64,000 nt of DNA from Planctomycetota bacterium (GCA_030066775.1 JASJAY010000001.1:4612-68611); one strand, 5' to 3'. Positions 11,078 to 21,032 are shown, counted from the stretch's first letter. The notes: generated by a model not told the origin, from the sequence alone. Numbers and translations: made by a program.

Positions 11078-11155
11078 CGGGGCGTGGCGCAGATTTGGTA
11101 GCGCGCCTGAATGGGGTTCAGGAGGTCGCTGGTTCGAGTCCAGTCGCCCCGACCA
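11078..11155 (+). tRNA. tRNA-Pro (anticodon GGG), CCA encoded
   Basis: Hand-folded cloverleaf. Acceptor CGGGGCG/CGCCCCG; D arm GCGC-AGATTTGGTA-GCGC. Anticodon arm CCTGA-ATGGGGT-TCAGG with GGG at 11113-11115. T arm GCTGG-TTCGAGT-CCAGT, discriminator A, then CCA. Confidence 0.9.
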
Positions 11156-11171
11156 TTTCCCTTCTCCCTCC
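11144..11171 (+). repeat. direct repeat copy A (tRNA-Pro 3' end plus 16 nt)
   Basis: TCGCCCCGACCATTTCCCTTCTCCCTCC matches 14619-14646 at 27 of 28 positions, with the first 22 identical. Confidence 0.85.
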
Positions 11172-11422
11172 ACAACGGCACCCGATGAGTGACCTACGTG
11201 GATCGCTGCGACCGGGTTGGGTGGATAGCCTGCGACAGTGAGCTGCTTGCGCGCCGCCCGTCCCTCTTCCAAGTCAGTGGCGCCCAGGACGTCCTTGATG
11301 CACGACAGGGGGCCCTGTCCTTCAGGCGGAAGAGCAAGACACATCCGGAGCGGATGCCCGCTGAGAGTCCCACGACGGTCCGCAGGGGGATCCAACGGGT
11401 CGACGTAGTACGATCGCCTTCG

Positions 11423-14400
11423 ATGAACCTGGCTCGATCGCCGCGCGACCTCGCCACGCCTCGCAATGGCTTGCAGCGGTGGCACGGAGCCGTGGGCGCC
11501 GTTCTGTTCCTGGCGTACGTGCTGGTCCCTTCCGCAGCGCCGGCGAAACCTGACGAGGTCTTCGACGCGAACGGGTTGGTGGCGCGGTACACGTTCGAGG
11601 AAGGAACGGGATCCACGCTCCAGGATCACAGCGGAAAGGCGCATCACGGGCGCATCCGAGGCGCGACCTGGGTCGACACGCCCATGGGCGGCGCACTGCA
11701 GTTCAACGGTCGGGATGCCGTGACCGACCTGGGCCGGCCCCGCGGTCTCAACCTGGATGGTGACCTGACCATCGAGGTGTGGCTGCGGGCGTCCCTCGCC
11801 ACGATGAAACGCGGCACACAGCCCTTGATCTTCGGCATGAACGCCGGCCCAACGAAGACCCGCAACTACAACCTGCGGATCGATCACAAGCAACGCCTCC
11901 GGTTCGAGTGGGGCGACGGAGAGGCCGGGAGCTTCGTATCGACCTCCGCTGGGTTTCTGAACGGAGCCTGGCGCTACGTCGCCGTGGTCGTCGACTCGGG
12001 TAGCGGCGTGCACATGTTCGTCGACGGCAGCCTCGTGCACACGCAACGGGCCTCGATGCCGATCGTGGCGCGTCCGCCGCAGAACGTGACGATCGGGGGC
12101 TGGGGGCCGGGCTACTTCCAGGGGGAGATCGCCGAGCTCAGGCTCTTCAACCGCGCCCTGTCGACGGGCGAGATCCGGAAGCACGCGGGCCTCGAACCCG
12201 ACTCGGTCAAGGCGGCCCTGCGGCTGCATCCCTCCCACGACGTCCGCGGCAAGCGGGTGCACTGCGACGTGTTCGTAGAGTCAGGCGCTGCGCGGAATCC
12301 GTGGCTCGAGATCCGGCTCACAGACGCGCGCTCCGGTCGAGCGCTGGCGTCGACGAAGCGGAAGCTGGGAGCGCGGGGGAAGTCGGTCTCCCACTCGTGG
12401 CAGCGCGTGTCCATCCCGGCCGACATCCCGGCAGAGGGGATCGTGCGGGCGGAAGCGAGGTTGCTCGACGGACGGAGGAAGGAACTGGCGCGCGCCGGGG
12501 TCATCCGGGAGCTCGCGCCGGGCTGGCTGACGGCCGGGGTCGGCGTGTCGAACGAAGTCCCGCCTCCCTGGACCCCTTGTGTGACTCGCAAACAGAAGGG
12601 GCAGGTCACGGTCGACGTGTGGGGCCGGAAGCACCGCTTCGGTCGCGGCCCCCTGCTGGAATCCCTGACGAGCGGTGGTGCAGAGCTGCTGGCTGGGCCC
12701 ATTCGTCTGCCGGCGGCAGCGGGCGGTCGCGCCTTGCGGTGGAAGTGGAGCCCCCCGAAGCTCGTGGACTCCGAGGCGCGTCGGGTGGTCATCCGGCAGA
12801 GCGCTGTGGCCGGCGGCCTCCGTCTCACCTTGGACACGCAGCTCGAGTACGACGGCCTGTTGTGGACCGAAGCGCGACTCAGTACGCGCCGGGCCATCGA
12901 GATCGATCGGCTGGCCCTTGAGATCCCCCTGCCGGCCGATCAGGCAACGCTGCTCAACGTCTGGCGGGATCGAACCGCGTACGCGGGCCTCCTGAAGACG
13001 GATTTCGCCCACGCGTTCGCGCCGCTCCTGTGGATCGGGAACGAGCAGCGAGGACTGAGCTTCTGCGCCGAGTCGGATCAACACTGGGCGCCGGCCGACC
13101 CGGATCGTGCCCTCGAGGTCCAGCGCGTCGGCGACGAGACCCGACTGCGACTCAACTTCGTCACGCGGCCCAGCAGGCTGGCACCGGGTCGGCCCTGGAC
13201 GTATGCCTTCGGACTGCAGGGAACGCCCGTGCGTCCGATCGTCAAGAGCTACTGGGACCTTCGCGTCCACCGGATGCCCGTGTACAGCCGCGAGCTGGAG
13301 TGGCCCAAGCGGACGATCGGCGACACGCCGGCGCTCCAGCACTACGCCGAGCGTGGCGCCCGCGCCCTGATCGCCTGGGAATGGTGCGACACGTTCTCGT
13401 ACATGCTGCCGGTCGGGCGCGAGGAGTCCTTCCGCGCGCTTGTAGCCGCAATGGATGCACGCAGCCTGAAGGTGCTGCCGTACTCCATCGGGTTTCTCCT
13501 GAGTGATCGCGCACCAGAGTTCGACGGCTGGTCCGATGAGTTCCTACGTAAACCGCGGAGAGAGTTTCCCAGTCTCGGACCCGTCCTTCAGGACATCCCG
13601 CAGTCGATGTACTTCACGTGCCCCAACGGCCTCTGGAAGGACTTCGCCGTTGCGATGGCGGCGCGCTGCATGCAGGAGTATGGAGCCGGCGGCGTCTACC
13701 TGGACACGACCACGAGGCCGTTCGCCTGCCAGAACGGGTGTCACGGCTGTGGGTACACTGCGCCGGACGGCCGGCGCGTATCGACCTACCCGGTGCGAGG
13801 GGCGCGTGAGCTCATGAGGCGACTGCGCACGGCGGTCAAGGCATGCGATGCCGACGGGATTGTCGACGTGCATCCGTTCGACTGCTTGAACGTGCCCGCC
13901 CTGGCATACGCCGACGGCATGTGGATCGGCGAGCATCTGAGGCGCGTACCTCACAAGATCGACGCGCTGCCCCTCGACCGCTTCCGAACCGAGATCCTTG
14001 GACGCAACCTCGGGATCCCCTCCGACCTGCTCTACTACCGGCTGGCCGACTACGAGGCCTGCCTCGCCCTCGCGCTGCTGCACGACGTGCCGGTTCGCAG
14101 CGAGAAGGACGCCGATATCGACATTCTGGCGCAGGTCTACCGCATTCGGGACGCGTTCGGCTGTCGGGAGTCAGAGTTCATCGGGTACTGGGAGGTCGGC
14201 GACCGCATCCGCGTGTCCGGTCGGGACTGCCACGCGAGCCTGTGGAAGCATCCGAAACAGGGCGTGCTGGTCGTGATCTCGAACCTCTCGAGAGAAGAAG
14301 CGAACCTCGAGATCACGTTCGACCTTGCCGCCCTGGGCATCGGCTCAGGCGTCTCGGCCTACGACGAACGTCACGGCAAGCCGCTACCTATCAAGGGCGG

Positions 14401-14461
14401 CACCATCCGGTTGGCCCTACCCTCGCAGCAGTGGACGCTCGTGCGGATTCCACGCCGTTGA
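11423..14461 (+). CDS. LamG (concanavalin-A-like lectin) domain protein with large C-terminal glycoside-hydrolase-like domain
   Basis: Track ORF 11189..14461 trimmed to ATG 11423. N-terminal hydrophobic anchor AVGAVLFLAYVLVPSAAPA. LamG_3-like signature (LNGAWRYVAVVVDSGSGVHMFVDGSLV...GEIAELRLFNRALSTGEI). From memory, the C-terminal roughly 600 aa resemble DUF4091/GH123-type putative glycosidases. Confidence 0.65.
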   Translation: MNLARSPRDLATPRNGLQRWHGAVGAVLFLAYVLVPSAAPAKPDEVFDANGLVARYTFEEGTGSTLQDHSGKAHHGRIRGATWVDTPMGGALQFNGRDAVTDLGRPRGLNLDGDLTIEVWLRASLATMKRGTQPLIFGMNAGPTKTRNYNLRIDHKQRLRFEWGDGEAGSFVSTSAGFLNGAWRYVAVVVDSGSGVHMFVDGSLVHTQRASMPIVARPPQNVTIGGWGPGYFQGEIAELRLFNRALSTGEIRKHAGLEPDSVKAALRLHPSHDVRGKRVHCDVFVESGAARNPWLEIRLTDARSGRALASTKRKLGARGKSVSHSWQRVSIPADIPAEGIVRAEARLLDGRRKELARAGVIRELAPGWLTAGVGVSNEVPPPWTPCVTRKQKGQVTVDVWGRKHRFGRGPLLESLTSGGAELLAGPIRLPAAAGGRALRWKWSPPKLVDSEARRVVIRQSAVAGGLRLTLDTQLEYDGLLWTEARLSTRRAIEIDRLALEIPLPADQATLLNVWRDRTAYAGLLKTDFAHAFAPLLWIGNEQRGLSFCAESDQHWAPADPDRALEVQRVGDETRLRLNFVTRPSRLAPGRPWTYAFGLQGTPVRPIVKSYWDLRVHRMPVYSRELEWPKRTIGDTPALQHYAERGARALIAWEWCDTFSYMLPVGREESFRALVAAMDARSLKVLPYSIGFLLSDRAPEFDGWSDEFLRKPRREFPSLGPVLQDIPQSMYFTCPNGLWKDFAVAMAARCMQEYGAGGVYLDTTTRPFACQNGCHGCGYTAPDGRRVSTYPVRGARELMRRLRTAVKACDADGIVDVHPFDCLNVPALAYADGMWIGEHLRRVPHKIDALPLDRFRTEILGRNLGIPSDLLYYRLADYEACLALALLHDVPVRSEKDADIDILAQVYRIRDAFGCRESEFIGYWEVGDRIRVSGRDCHASLWKHPKQGVLVVISNLSREEANLEITFDLAALGIGSGVSAYDERHGKPLPIKGGTIRLALPSQQWTLVRIPRR

Positions 14462-14618
14462 GCAGACGACTGCACTTCCGGGGGGCCTTGCCGCTGTACG
14501 TGGCCGCACGGCCTCCACGGCGGGATCCCGGAGGCGTGCGCGGAGCTGGAGGCTGCAGACGCCTACATCTCCAGCCTCACCGCCCACGAGACGGGTCGCG
14601 GATATGTACCGACTCGGC

Positions 14619-14646
14619 TCGCCCCGACCATTTCCCTTCTTCCTCC
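14619..14646 (+). repeat. direct repeat copy B (orphan tRNA-Pro 3' end)
   Basis: TCGCCCCGACCATTTCCCTTCTTCCTCC. Weaker similarity continues downstream (CCCGATGAGYGA) after an insertion of about 25 nt relative to copy A. Confidence 0.85.
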
Positions 14647-14702
14647 GTCACGGAAGGCTCCCTGAGCTTGTCGAAGGGCCCGATGAGCGATCGCCAGGGA
14701 GC

Positions 14703-15221
14703 GTGCCGTTGTCGACGCTGGAGCTAGGAGTCCGCGCCGCGGTCGTCGAGGATGCGGATGGCATCGCCCGCGTCGCCGCATCCGACGGGACCCAAACCAG
14801 GACCGAGATCCTTCCTCTGATCCGGACCGAGCTCGAGGAGATCGCAAGCGGCAAGCTGCATCGCTACACGTGCGTAGCCGAGGTCGATGGGACGATCGTG
14901 GGCTACGGTCGCTGCGCGGGCGACGACACGTTCACCAAGGGGTTCCCCCAGTTGCCCGATGGTTGGTACCTGTCCGGCGTCCTGGTGCTGCCGTCCAGTC
15001 GCCGTCGAGGCGTCGGCAGAGCGCTAACGCAGCACCGCATGGAGTGGCTACGCGAGCGCACCGAGATCGTCTACTTCCTCACGTCGGAGACCAACGTGCC
15101 CTCTGTGGCGCTCCACTCGGAGTTCGGCTTCGTGGAGATCCAGCGCGGCATTCCGCCCAAGACCGGGGACACACGCGGGATTCCGAGATGCCTCTTCCGA
15201 GCTCGGTTCAGCGACTCCTAG
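14703..15221 (+). CDS. GNAT-family N-acetyltransferase
   Basis: GTG 14703 within track ORF 14325..15221; the start is uncertain. Acetyl-CoA-binding-like motif VLPSSRRRGVGRALT. The stop overlaps the convergent lipoprotein gene by 4 nt. Confidence 0.7.
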   Translation: MPLSTLELGVRAAVVEDADGIARVAASDGTQTRTEILPLIRTELEEIASGKLHRYTCVAEVDGTIVGYGRCAGDDTFTKGFPQLPDGWYLSGVLVLPSSRRRGVGRALTQHRMEWLRERTEIVYFLTSETNVPSVALHSEFGFVEIQRGIPPKTGDTRGIPRCLFRARFSDS

Positions 15222-17029
15222 AAGCCGCCGTCTGCGTTGAAGCGGGCCAGGAACATGCCGTCATCTGCCGCGGGGCGGAGCGTGGTCTCGTTCGCCTCGC
15301 CCGCCCCGAAAGTCGAGTCACGACTGTACGCCTGGAAACCCAGCACGATGCACGAGCCGTCTGCGACAGCTGCGATGCCGAGGCCAGGTGAACCCAGCTC
15401 GCCCGCTGCGGTCTTGGCCCAGCTCAGCGTGCCGTCCGCCTTGTAGCGCGCCACGAGCAATCCGGTCGAACCGAACTGCGTAAGCGTGGTCGCGTTGGCC
15501 TCGCCCGCTCCGAAGATCGGGCTGCGAGCAAAGCTGCCTGTGACGACGCATGAGCCGTCCGCATGGGCAGCGATATCGAACCCGTTGCTCCTGCCATCCG
15601 TACCACCGTGGGTCTTCGCCCAGCGCAACGTGCCGTCCGCCCCGTACGAAGCGACGAACATGCTGGTCGAGGGCTGCGGGGAGAGTACGGAACCTCCCTT
15701 GACTGACGTGAGTGTGGTCTCGTTGGCCTCGCCCGCGCCGAAAGTGGCCGTGTCCTCGAACAAGCCGGTCACCACACACGACCCGTCCGCACGGGTTGCG
15801 ATGCCTTGGCCGTGGGCGTTCCCCGGGCTGCTTACGGCCCGTGCCCAGGTCAGCGTCCCGTCCACGCCGTAATGCGCTACGAAGAAGGCAGCGGCGAGCA
15901 CTTGGCCCCCTTGTGTCAGTGTCGTCTCGTTGGTCTCGCCTACGCCGAAGGTCACGCTGCCCGAGAATCCTCCCGTCACAACGCACGAGCCATCCGCGTT
16001 GGCTGCGATGTCCCGCCCGTAGCCTGTGCTGGTCAGCTCCCCAGGGCGCGCGGAGCCGGCGGCCTTGGCCCAAGTCAGCGTGCCGTCAGCGCCGTAGCGC
16101 GCGACGAAGCAGTCGCTGTAGCCCAAGGGGGTGATCGTCGTCTCGTTGATCTCTCCGACCCCGAAGGTCTCCGGCCTCCGCAGGATGCCCGTCACGACGC
16201 ACGAGCCGTCCGCGTACGTGGCGACGCCCTCGATGAAGCCGCCCTCCCGCTTGAGCCAGCGCAGCGTACCGTTCGCGTCGTAGCGCGCCACGAACGTGAG
16301 GCCCGCCAAGATGTACGAGCCGTCCGCGAAGGCGGCGATGCACTTGCCGCCGCCCTCCGCGATCTTGGCCCAGGTCAGCGTTCCGTCCGCGCCGTAGCGC
16401 GCAACGAAGGGACCGGTGTCGAGCGTGGTCTCGTTCGCCTCGCCGATTCCAAGAGTCTGGCCGCCCGAGACCGTGCCCGTGACGAGGCACGAGCCGTCGG
16501 GGAGGGCTGCGACGTCCTCGCCCGCGGTAATGCCGGGATAGCTCGTGCCACCCGCCAGCTTGGCCCAAGCTACGTTGCGAACCTCGACGCGACCTGGCGC
16601 GGTGGCCGTCACCCGGGTGTTCGTGCCATCCCAGGTCGTGCCCACGATGGTGTAGACCCCCTCCTTGGTGGTGGCCTGGGGCGTCAGATTCAGCGACAGC
16701 TGCTGGGTGATTCCGTCCATCTCATCCCGGGGGCCGCTGGTCGCGCAGCCGAGCGGGTCGATGCGCGTCTCATCACAGTCGAGATCCGCCGTGATCCAGG
16801 TGACAGCGGCATCGTCGGGGTCGTCGTCCGCGTACTCGATGGCGATGGTCGTGCTTGCGCCCCGACTCAGGACGACGTCCCTCGACGGCTCCGTGATCGT
16901 GAGGGTGGGGGGGGTGTTGATCAGCACGCCCGTGGGGGCCAGATCGCTACCCCCGCCGGAGGCGCCACAGCCGGCCAGCAAGAGGAGAACGGCAGCGCTC
17001 AACACGCCCACGACGAACCACGTACGCAT
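15218..17029 (-). CDS. lipoprotein with tandem SBBP-type beta-propeller repeats
   Basis: Track ORF 15218..17071 trimmed to ATG 17029 with GGAGG 6 nt upstream. Lipobox LLLAGCG. About eight repeats of DGSxxVTGxF...FGxGExNETTLT...FVARYxADGTLxWAK. Confidence 0.8.
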   Translation of the reverse strand: MRTWFVVGVLSAAVLLLLAGCGASGGGSDLAPTGVLINTPPTLTITEPSRDVVLSRGASTTIAIEYADDDPDDAAVTWITADLDCDETRIDPLGCATSGPRDEMDGITQQLSLNLTPQATTKEGVYTIVGTTWDGTNTRVTATAPGRVEVRNVAWAKLAGGTSYPGITAGEDVAALPDGSCLVTGTVSGGQTLGIGEANETTLDTGPFVARYGADGTLTWAKIAEGGGKCIAAFADGSYILAGLTFVARYDANGTLRWLKREGGFIEGVATYADGSCVVTGILRRPETFGVGEINETTITPLGYSDCFVARYGADGTLTWAKAAGSARPGELTSTGYGRDIAANADGSCVVTGGFSGSVTFGVGETNETTLTQGGQVLAAAFFVAHYGVDGTLTWARAVSSPGNAHGQGIATRADGSCVVTGLFEDTATFGAGEANETTLTSVKGGSVLSPQPSTSMFVASYGADGTLRWAKTHGGTDGRSNGFDIAAHADGSCVVTGSFARSPIFGAGEANATTLTQFGSTGLLVARYKADGTLSWAKTAAGELGSPGLGIAAVADGSCIVLGFQAYSRDSTFGAGEANETTLRPAADDGMFLARFNADGGF

Positions 17030-17265
17030 TGGAACCTCCGTGCGAGAGACCGCGATCCCGTTGCCGGGCACCCGGGCTCACGAAGGGAATGCGTAAGGCG
17101 CGCCTGGACCATCGCGAGTTCGAGGGGATTTCCACGCAGGCCCACGGAGCGGGGCCTGAGGGGGCGCAGACGCCAGTCGTCCCGACCGGTGACGGCGTCG
17201 TGGCCCGGCAGGACACTCCCGCAGTCCCTCCCGCTCATGCGGCCGCTGCATCAAGGGCGGGATGG

Positions 17266-20200
17266 CTACCGCCTGCCGTCTTCGTCCTGTCCGGCGCTCT
17301 GCTCGGCATGCCGACGCGCGTGGACCACCTCGCGCGCCTTCTTCACGAGGTCTCGCGCGAGAGCCTCCACGTCGCCGGCCGGCCCTTTGACCTCAAAGGC
17401 TCCGATCTCCTCGCCGTTCAGCCAGACGAACCCCTTCACGGTCGCTGTGCCGTCGGCCGCGGCGTACGTGCCCGTCAGCTCGTAGGCCTCCGGCATCTCT
17501 GCGACGTCCACGAAGACGAGAGGCGCAATGCCCCGGGCCGACGCTTGCTCGCGCAGCACTGCGTTGGTCGCCGTCACCAGCGCATGCACGACGCGCGTTC
17601 GGCGATCGGTGAAGGTCGGGCGGACGAACACGGGCTTCTCGAGCTGCAGCGGGATGTCCTTGCGAAGCTCGGCTGGTACGCGACCGATGTCGAAGGACGA
17701 TCCGCCATACGGTGTCGCGATCCACGGCCGCTGGATCCCTCCGACGTCACGGGCGAGCTGCGGAACCCGGTCCGCGGCGAACCCGAAGAGACCCTGCACG
17801 TCGACGAACTCGTCCTCGCGGAGCGCCCCGCCGCGCATGCCCAGCAAGAGGGAGTAGGTGAGCAGCCCCTGGCCGTAGCGACTGGCCTCGAAGGAGAGGC
17901 TGTCCGCCGCGCAACCGGCCAAGACGAACATGCCCGTGCGGTCCTTCACCCGGTCGAGCGCACGCACCTGGCTGCTTGGCACGCTTCGGGACTCGGTCAG
18001 CTTCTCGATCACGCGCCCTGCGGCGCACGTATCCAGGATCAAGACCTGCCGGTCCCTGGCGGGGATGGCCTTGATGAGCTCGGTCATCTCACCGCTGGAA
18101 AGCGAAGCCTGCCGGCGGACCACGGGATCGGTCAGGTCGGCGCTGGCTGCCTCGGCGAGGAGGTAGTGGAAGTCCTCGTCCACACCGGCGCGACTCACGC
18201 CGTGCCCGGCCAGGTACACGACGAGCACGTCGTCGGGCCTCGCGGCGCGCGCCCACCGGAAGGCGTCGACGAGGGCTTGGCGCGTGGGTCGGGTCGTGCC
18301 TTCAGCACCCGACGTGCTGAGCACCCGAACGTGTGTGCGCTCCTCACCGAACAATGACCGGGCGCTCAGCTTCAGCGCGCGCGCGAAGTCCTCGGCGTCC
18401 TTGGCGGCGTATCGAAGGTCGATCGCGTCTCCGCGGTAGTCCGAGACGCCGCACACGATCGCCCAGAGCTGTGGCGGCGTCGACGACGTAGCACCGGGCG
18501 CCTTCCAGGGCTTCCGCCCGCCCCGGGGGCTGGAGAGGTACCCATCCTTGTTCCAGGCCACGACTTCGATCGTGTTCAGGCCCCCGGGCTTGATCGATGG
18601 GTGCTTGCGCAGGTCCACGGCAACCGATGCTTGCTTCGCGTCGGCGTTGAAGCCGGCGCCGCGTGCGTCCGCCTCGATCTCCTTCCCGTTGATCAGCACG
18701 CGAACGGCACCGATGCCTCCGCCGCGGTTCGTGAGATCCACGACAAGGAGGCCGTCGTCCCCGGGCGGCTCGAACTGGACGCTTGGGTAGAGGTCCACCC
18801 GATCTGCGGCGCTGACCTTGCGGAGGGGCTCGGTGCTATACCCGGCGTGCTTCGCCCAGAGTCCTGGGTCGTACGCGCGCTTCTTGAGCTGGGCGAGGTC
18901 CACGGTCTCGAAGCCGATGACCCAATGGAGCCCTTCGACATCGCCGCCATTGCTGGCGTCGTATCGACCGTCGCGATCGAAAACCGCCCAGGTGCCGTCC
19001 CGGAACACTACGCGGACGCAGAGCTCGCGGCCGGAAGCGACGTCCCAGAGTCGAACGGTATCGTCGCGCGCCGAGGAGATCGCGCGTTTCTCGTCGCGGG
19101 TGAACGCCACGCTGTAGACCTCGTTCACGTGTCCGCGAAAGCGCTGGAGCTCGCGGCCGCTCTCGAAGTCCCAGAGGATCACGTCATCGTTGTAATTCGC
19201 CGTGAGCAGACGCTTCCCGTCCCGGGAGAATACCGCGTCCAGCGTTCCCGCGAGCCCGTCCAGGGTCCGAACTTCGCGGCCGCTTGCGAGCTCCCACACG
19301 CGGCCCGTGTCGTCGTCGGGGCACACGACGTGCCCGCCATCGGGCGTGAAGAATGCCGAGAGCAGCCGCTGATCCTTGCTCGGAATGGTCAGCACCTCGT
19401 CGCCGGTATCGGTCTTCCGTAGGCGCACGACGCCATCCCGACAAGCGGTCATCACGATCGAACCATCCGCTGAGAACCCCATCGCTCGGAGGTGGCGGGC
19501 GTGCCCATCGAACACGCGCACCTGCTTTCCGGTCGCGACCTCCCAGAGGCGGGCCGTGTTGTCACGGGCGTTCACGCTTGCGGTGAGGATGTACTTCTCA
19601 TCCGGCGAGAACCGTCCGTTCGGAACACCGGTCGTCGGGCCGCTGCGGCGCGGAGCGGCGAAGCTCTTGATCTCGCGCCCCGTCCTCGCGTCGAGGATGC
19701 GCGGGATGTCCCCGCCACCGGTCAGCAGGCGGGAGCCGTCCGCAGAGAACGTCCCCCATGAGACGTAGTCGTCTCCCTCGAAGGTCCAGAGGGGCAAACC
19801 GCTGGACACCTCCCACAACTGCGCCGTACCGCTGCACGTCACGACGGAAGCGCCGTCCGGCGAGACGGTGATGGAGTTGGCCCCTCGCAACTTGCCGCCG
19901 AAGGTGCGAACGAGACTCCCTGTCGCGCGCTCCCAGAGATGCGCAACGGGGAACGAGCCGGTCGCGAAGTGCTTACCGTCGGGCGAGAAGGCCGCCGATA
20001 GCGTGGGGATGGTCGGCGCCTTCACGAGGACGCGTCCCGTGGCGACGTCGAAGATCCGTGCGACGCTCCAGGACGTCGTCAACGCCTGGCTGCCGTCCTT
20101 CGAGAAGGCCACGGCTTTGATCCCGGCGCGCATCTCCATCTCCCGGCCCACGGGCGTGCCCGCGAGCTGTCGGATCTCGCGTCCGGTCGCCACGTCCCAC

Positions 20201-20901
20201 AGGCGCGCCGTCTTGTCCCGAGAGCCAGTCAAGAGCTGCGTACCGTCAGGCGAAACCGCCACGGATTGGATCCAGGCTTCGTGGCCTTCGAACGTGCGGA
20301 CGATGCGGCCGGTGGCGGATTCGATCAGCCATGCGACCTTGTATGAGCCGCCGATGAAGTGCGCCCCGTCGGGCGTCATCGCCACGCAAACGGCCTGGCT
20401 TGGCGTATCGAAGCGCCGCACTTCGCGCCCCGTTTCGATCTCCCAGAATCGGGCGGTCTTGTCCTTGGAGACGGTCAGCGCATGCACGCCGTCCGGTGTG
20501 AAGGCTCCGGCTCGCACACGCTCCTCGTGTCCCTCGAAGCGAAGAAGCTCGCGGCCGGAGGCTGTGTCCCAGATGCGGGCCGTTCCGTCGTACGAGCACG
20601 TCAAGACTCGCGACGCGTCGGGCGAGAACACCGCCTCGCCGACGCGGCTCTCGTGGCCCAGGAACCAGCGGATCTCGCGCCCTGTCGCGACCTCCCAGAG
20701 GCGCGCGGAACTATCGGTTCCGCCGGCCGTGAGCAGATAGCGTCCATCGGGTGAGAACATCACGGAGTCGTTCTCGCCGCTATGCCCCAACTGCACGGTC
20801 AGAACGGCTCTCGCGCCCTCGTCCGGGCCTTGCTCCTCATCCCCCGCCCACACGGGCGCGGTCGCCAGGAGGATCAGCATCCACCTCGATACCCTCGACA
20901 T
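17266..20901 (-). CDS. exported WD40-repeat / Ig-like / caspase-like (peptidase C14) multidomain protein
   Basis: 1211-aa ORF. Signal peptide MSRVSRWMLILLATAPVWAGD. About 14 WD40 units (SPDG...TARLWD/E). The caspase catalytic dyad sits in YLAGHG and LILDTCAAG. Confidence 0.85.
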   Translation of the reverse strand: MSRVSRWMLILLATAPVWAGDEEQGPDEGARAVLTVQLGHSGENDSVMFSPDGRYLLTAGGTDSSARLWEVATGREIRWFLGHESRVGEAVFSPDASRVLTCSYDGTARIWDTASGRELLRFEGHEERVRAGAFTPDGVHALTVSKDKTARFWEIETGREVRRFDTPSQAVCVAMTPDGAHFIGGSYKVAWLIESATGRIVRTFEGHEAWIQSVAVSPDGTQLLTGSRDKTARLWDVATGREIRQLAGTPVGREMEMRAGIKAVAFSKDGSQALTTSWSVARIFDVATGRVLVKAPTIPTLSAAFSPDGKHFATGSFPVAHLWERATGSLVRTFGGKLRGANSITVSPDGASVVTCSGTAQLWEVSSGLPLWTFEGDDYVSWGTFSADGSRLLTGGGDIPRILDARTGREIKSFAAPRRSGPTTGVPNGRFSPDEKYILTASVNARDNTARLWEVATGKQVRVFDGHARHLRAMGFSADGSIVMTACRDGVVRLRKTDTGDEVLTIPSKDQRLLSAFFTPDGGHVVCPDDDTGRVWELASGREVRTLDGLAGTLDAVFSRDGKRLLTANYNDDVILWDFESGRELQRFRGHVNEVYSVAFTRDEKRAISSARDDTVRLWDVASGRELCVRVVFRDGTWAVFDRDGRYDASNGGDVEGLHWVIGFETVDLAQLKKRAYDPGLWAKHAGYSTEPLRKVSAADRVDLYPSVQFEPPGDDGLLVVDLTNRGGGIGAVRVLINGKEIEADARGAGFNADAKQASVAVDLRKHPSIKPGGLNTIEVVAWNKDGYLSSPRGGRKPWKAPGATSSTPPQLWAIVCGVSDYRGDAIDLRYAAKDAEDFARALKLSARSLFGEERTHVRVLSTSGAEGTTRPTRQALVDAFRWARAARPDDVLVVYLAGHGVSRAGVDEDFHYLLAEAASADLTDPVVRRQASLSSGEMTELIKAIPARDRQVLILDTCAAGRVIEKLTESRSVPSSQVRALDRVKDRTGMFVLAGCAADSLSFEASRYGQGLLTYSLLLGMRGGALREDEFVDVQGLFGFAADRVPQLARDVGGIQRPWIATPYGGSSFDIGRVPAELRKDIPLQLEKPVFVRPTFTDRRTRVVHALVTATNAVLREQASARGIAPLVFVDVAEMPEAYELTGTYAAADGTATVKGFVWLNGEEIGAFEVKGPAGDVEALARDLVKKAREVVHARRHAEQSAGQDEDGRR

Positions 20902-21032
20902 CAGGGGGCGATGCTACTCGCCTGAAGGAGCGTCCGTCCAGCCTGCCGATCCCTCTGGTCGGCGGGCTGGCACAGTTGACGTGAGCGCCGAGGCGGGGTT
21001 TCCTCATCCGTTCGTGAGCAAGGGGAGGTCAC

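Larger units (their letters stand above)
11144..14646 (+). mobile_element. possible remnant tRNA-Pro-targeted insertion (att-like direct repeats, single cargo gene, no integrase)
   Basis: A duplicated tRNA 3' end brackets about 3.45 kb. The distal copy is preceded by a decayed T-arm-like sequence. The cargo gene shows visibly more A/T-ending codons than pruA or queG. No recombinase gene lies inside. Confidence 0.3.

Noticed and set aside
11173-14618. Intact integrative element or prophage at tRNA-Pro
   Set aside because: The interval between the direct repeats contains one ORF only. No integrase, excisionase, replication or structural genes appear on either strand. It is reported only as a possible remnant.
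14654-14678. ~25-nt insertion after the distal tRNA repeat (AAGGCTCCCTGAGCTTGTCGAAGGG) as a distinct mobile or miniature element
   Set aside because: The string resembles fragments that I recall turning up in spurious ORF translations in many genomes. I cannot identify its origin, and only one copy is visible here, so no claim is made.
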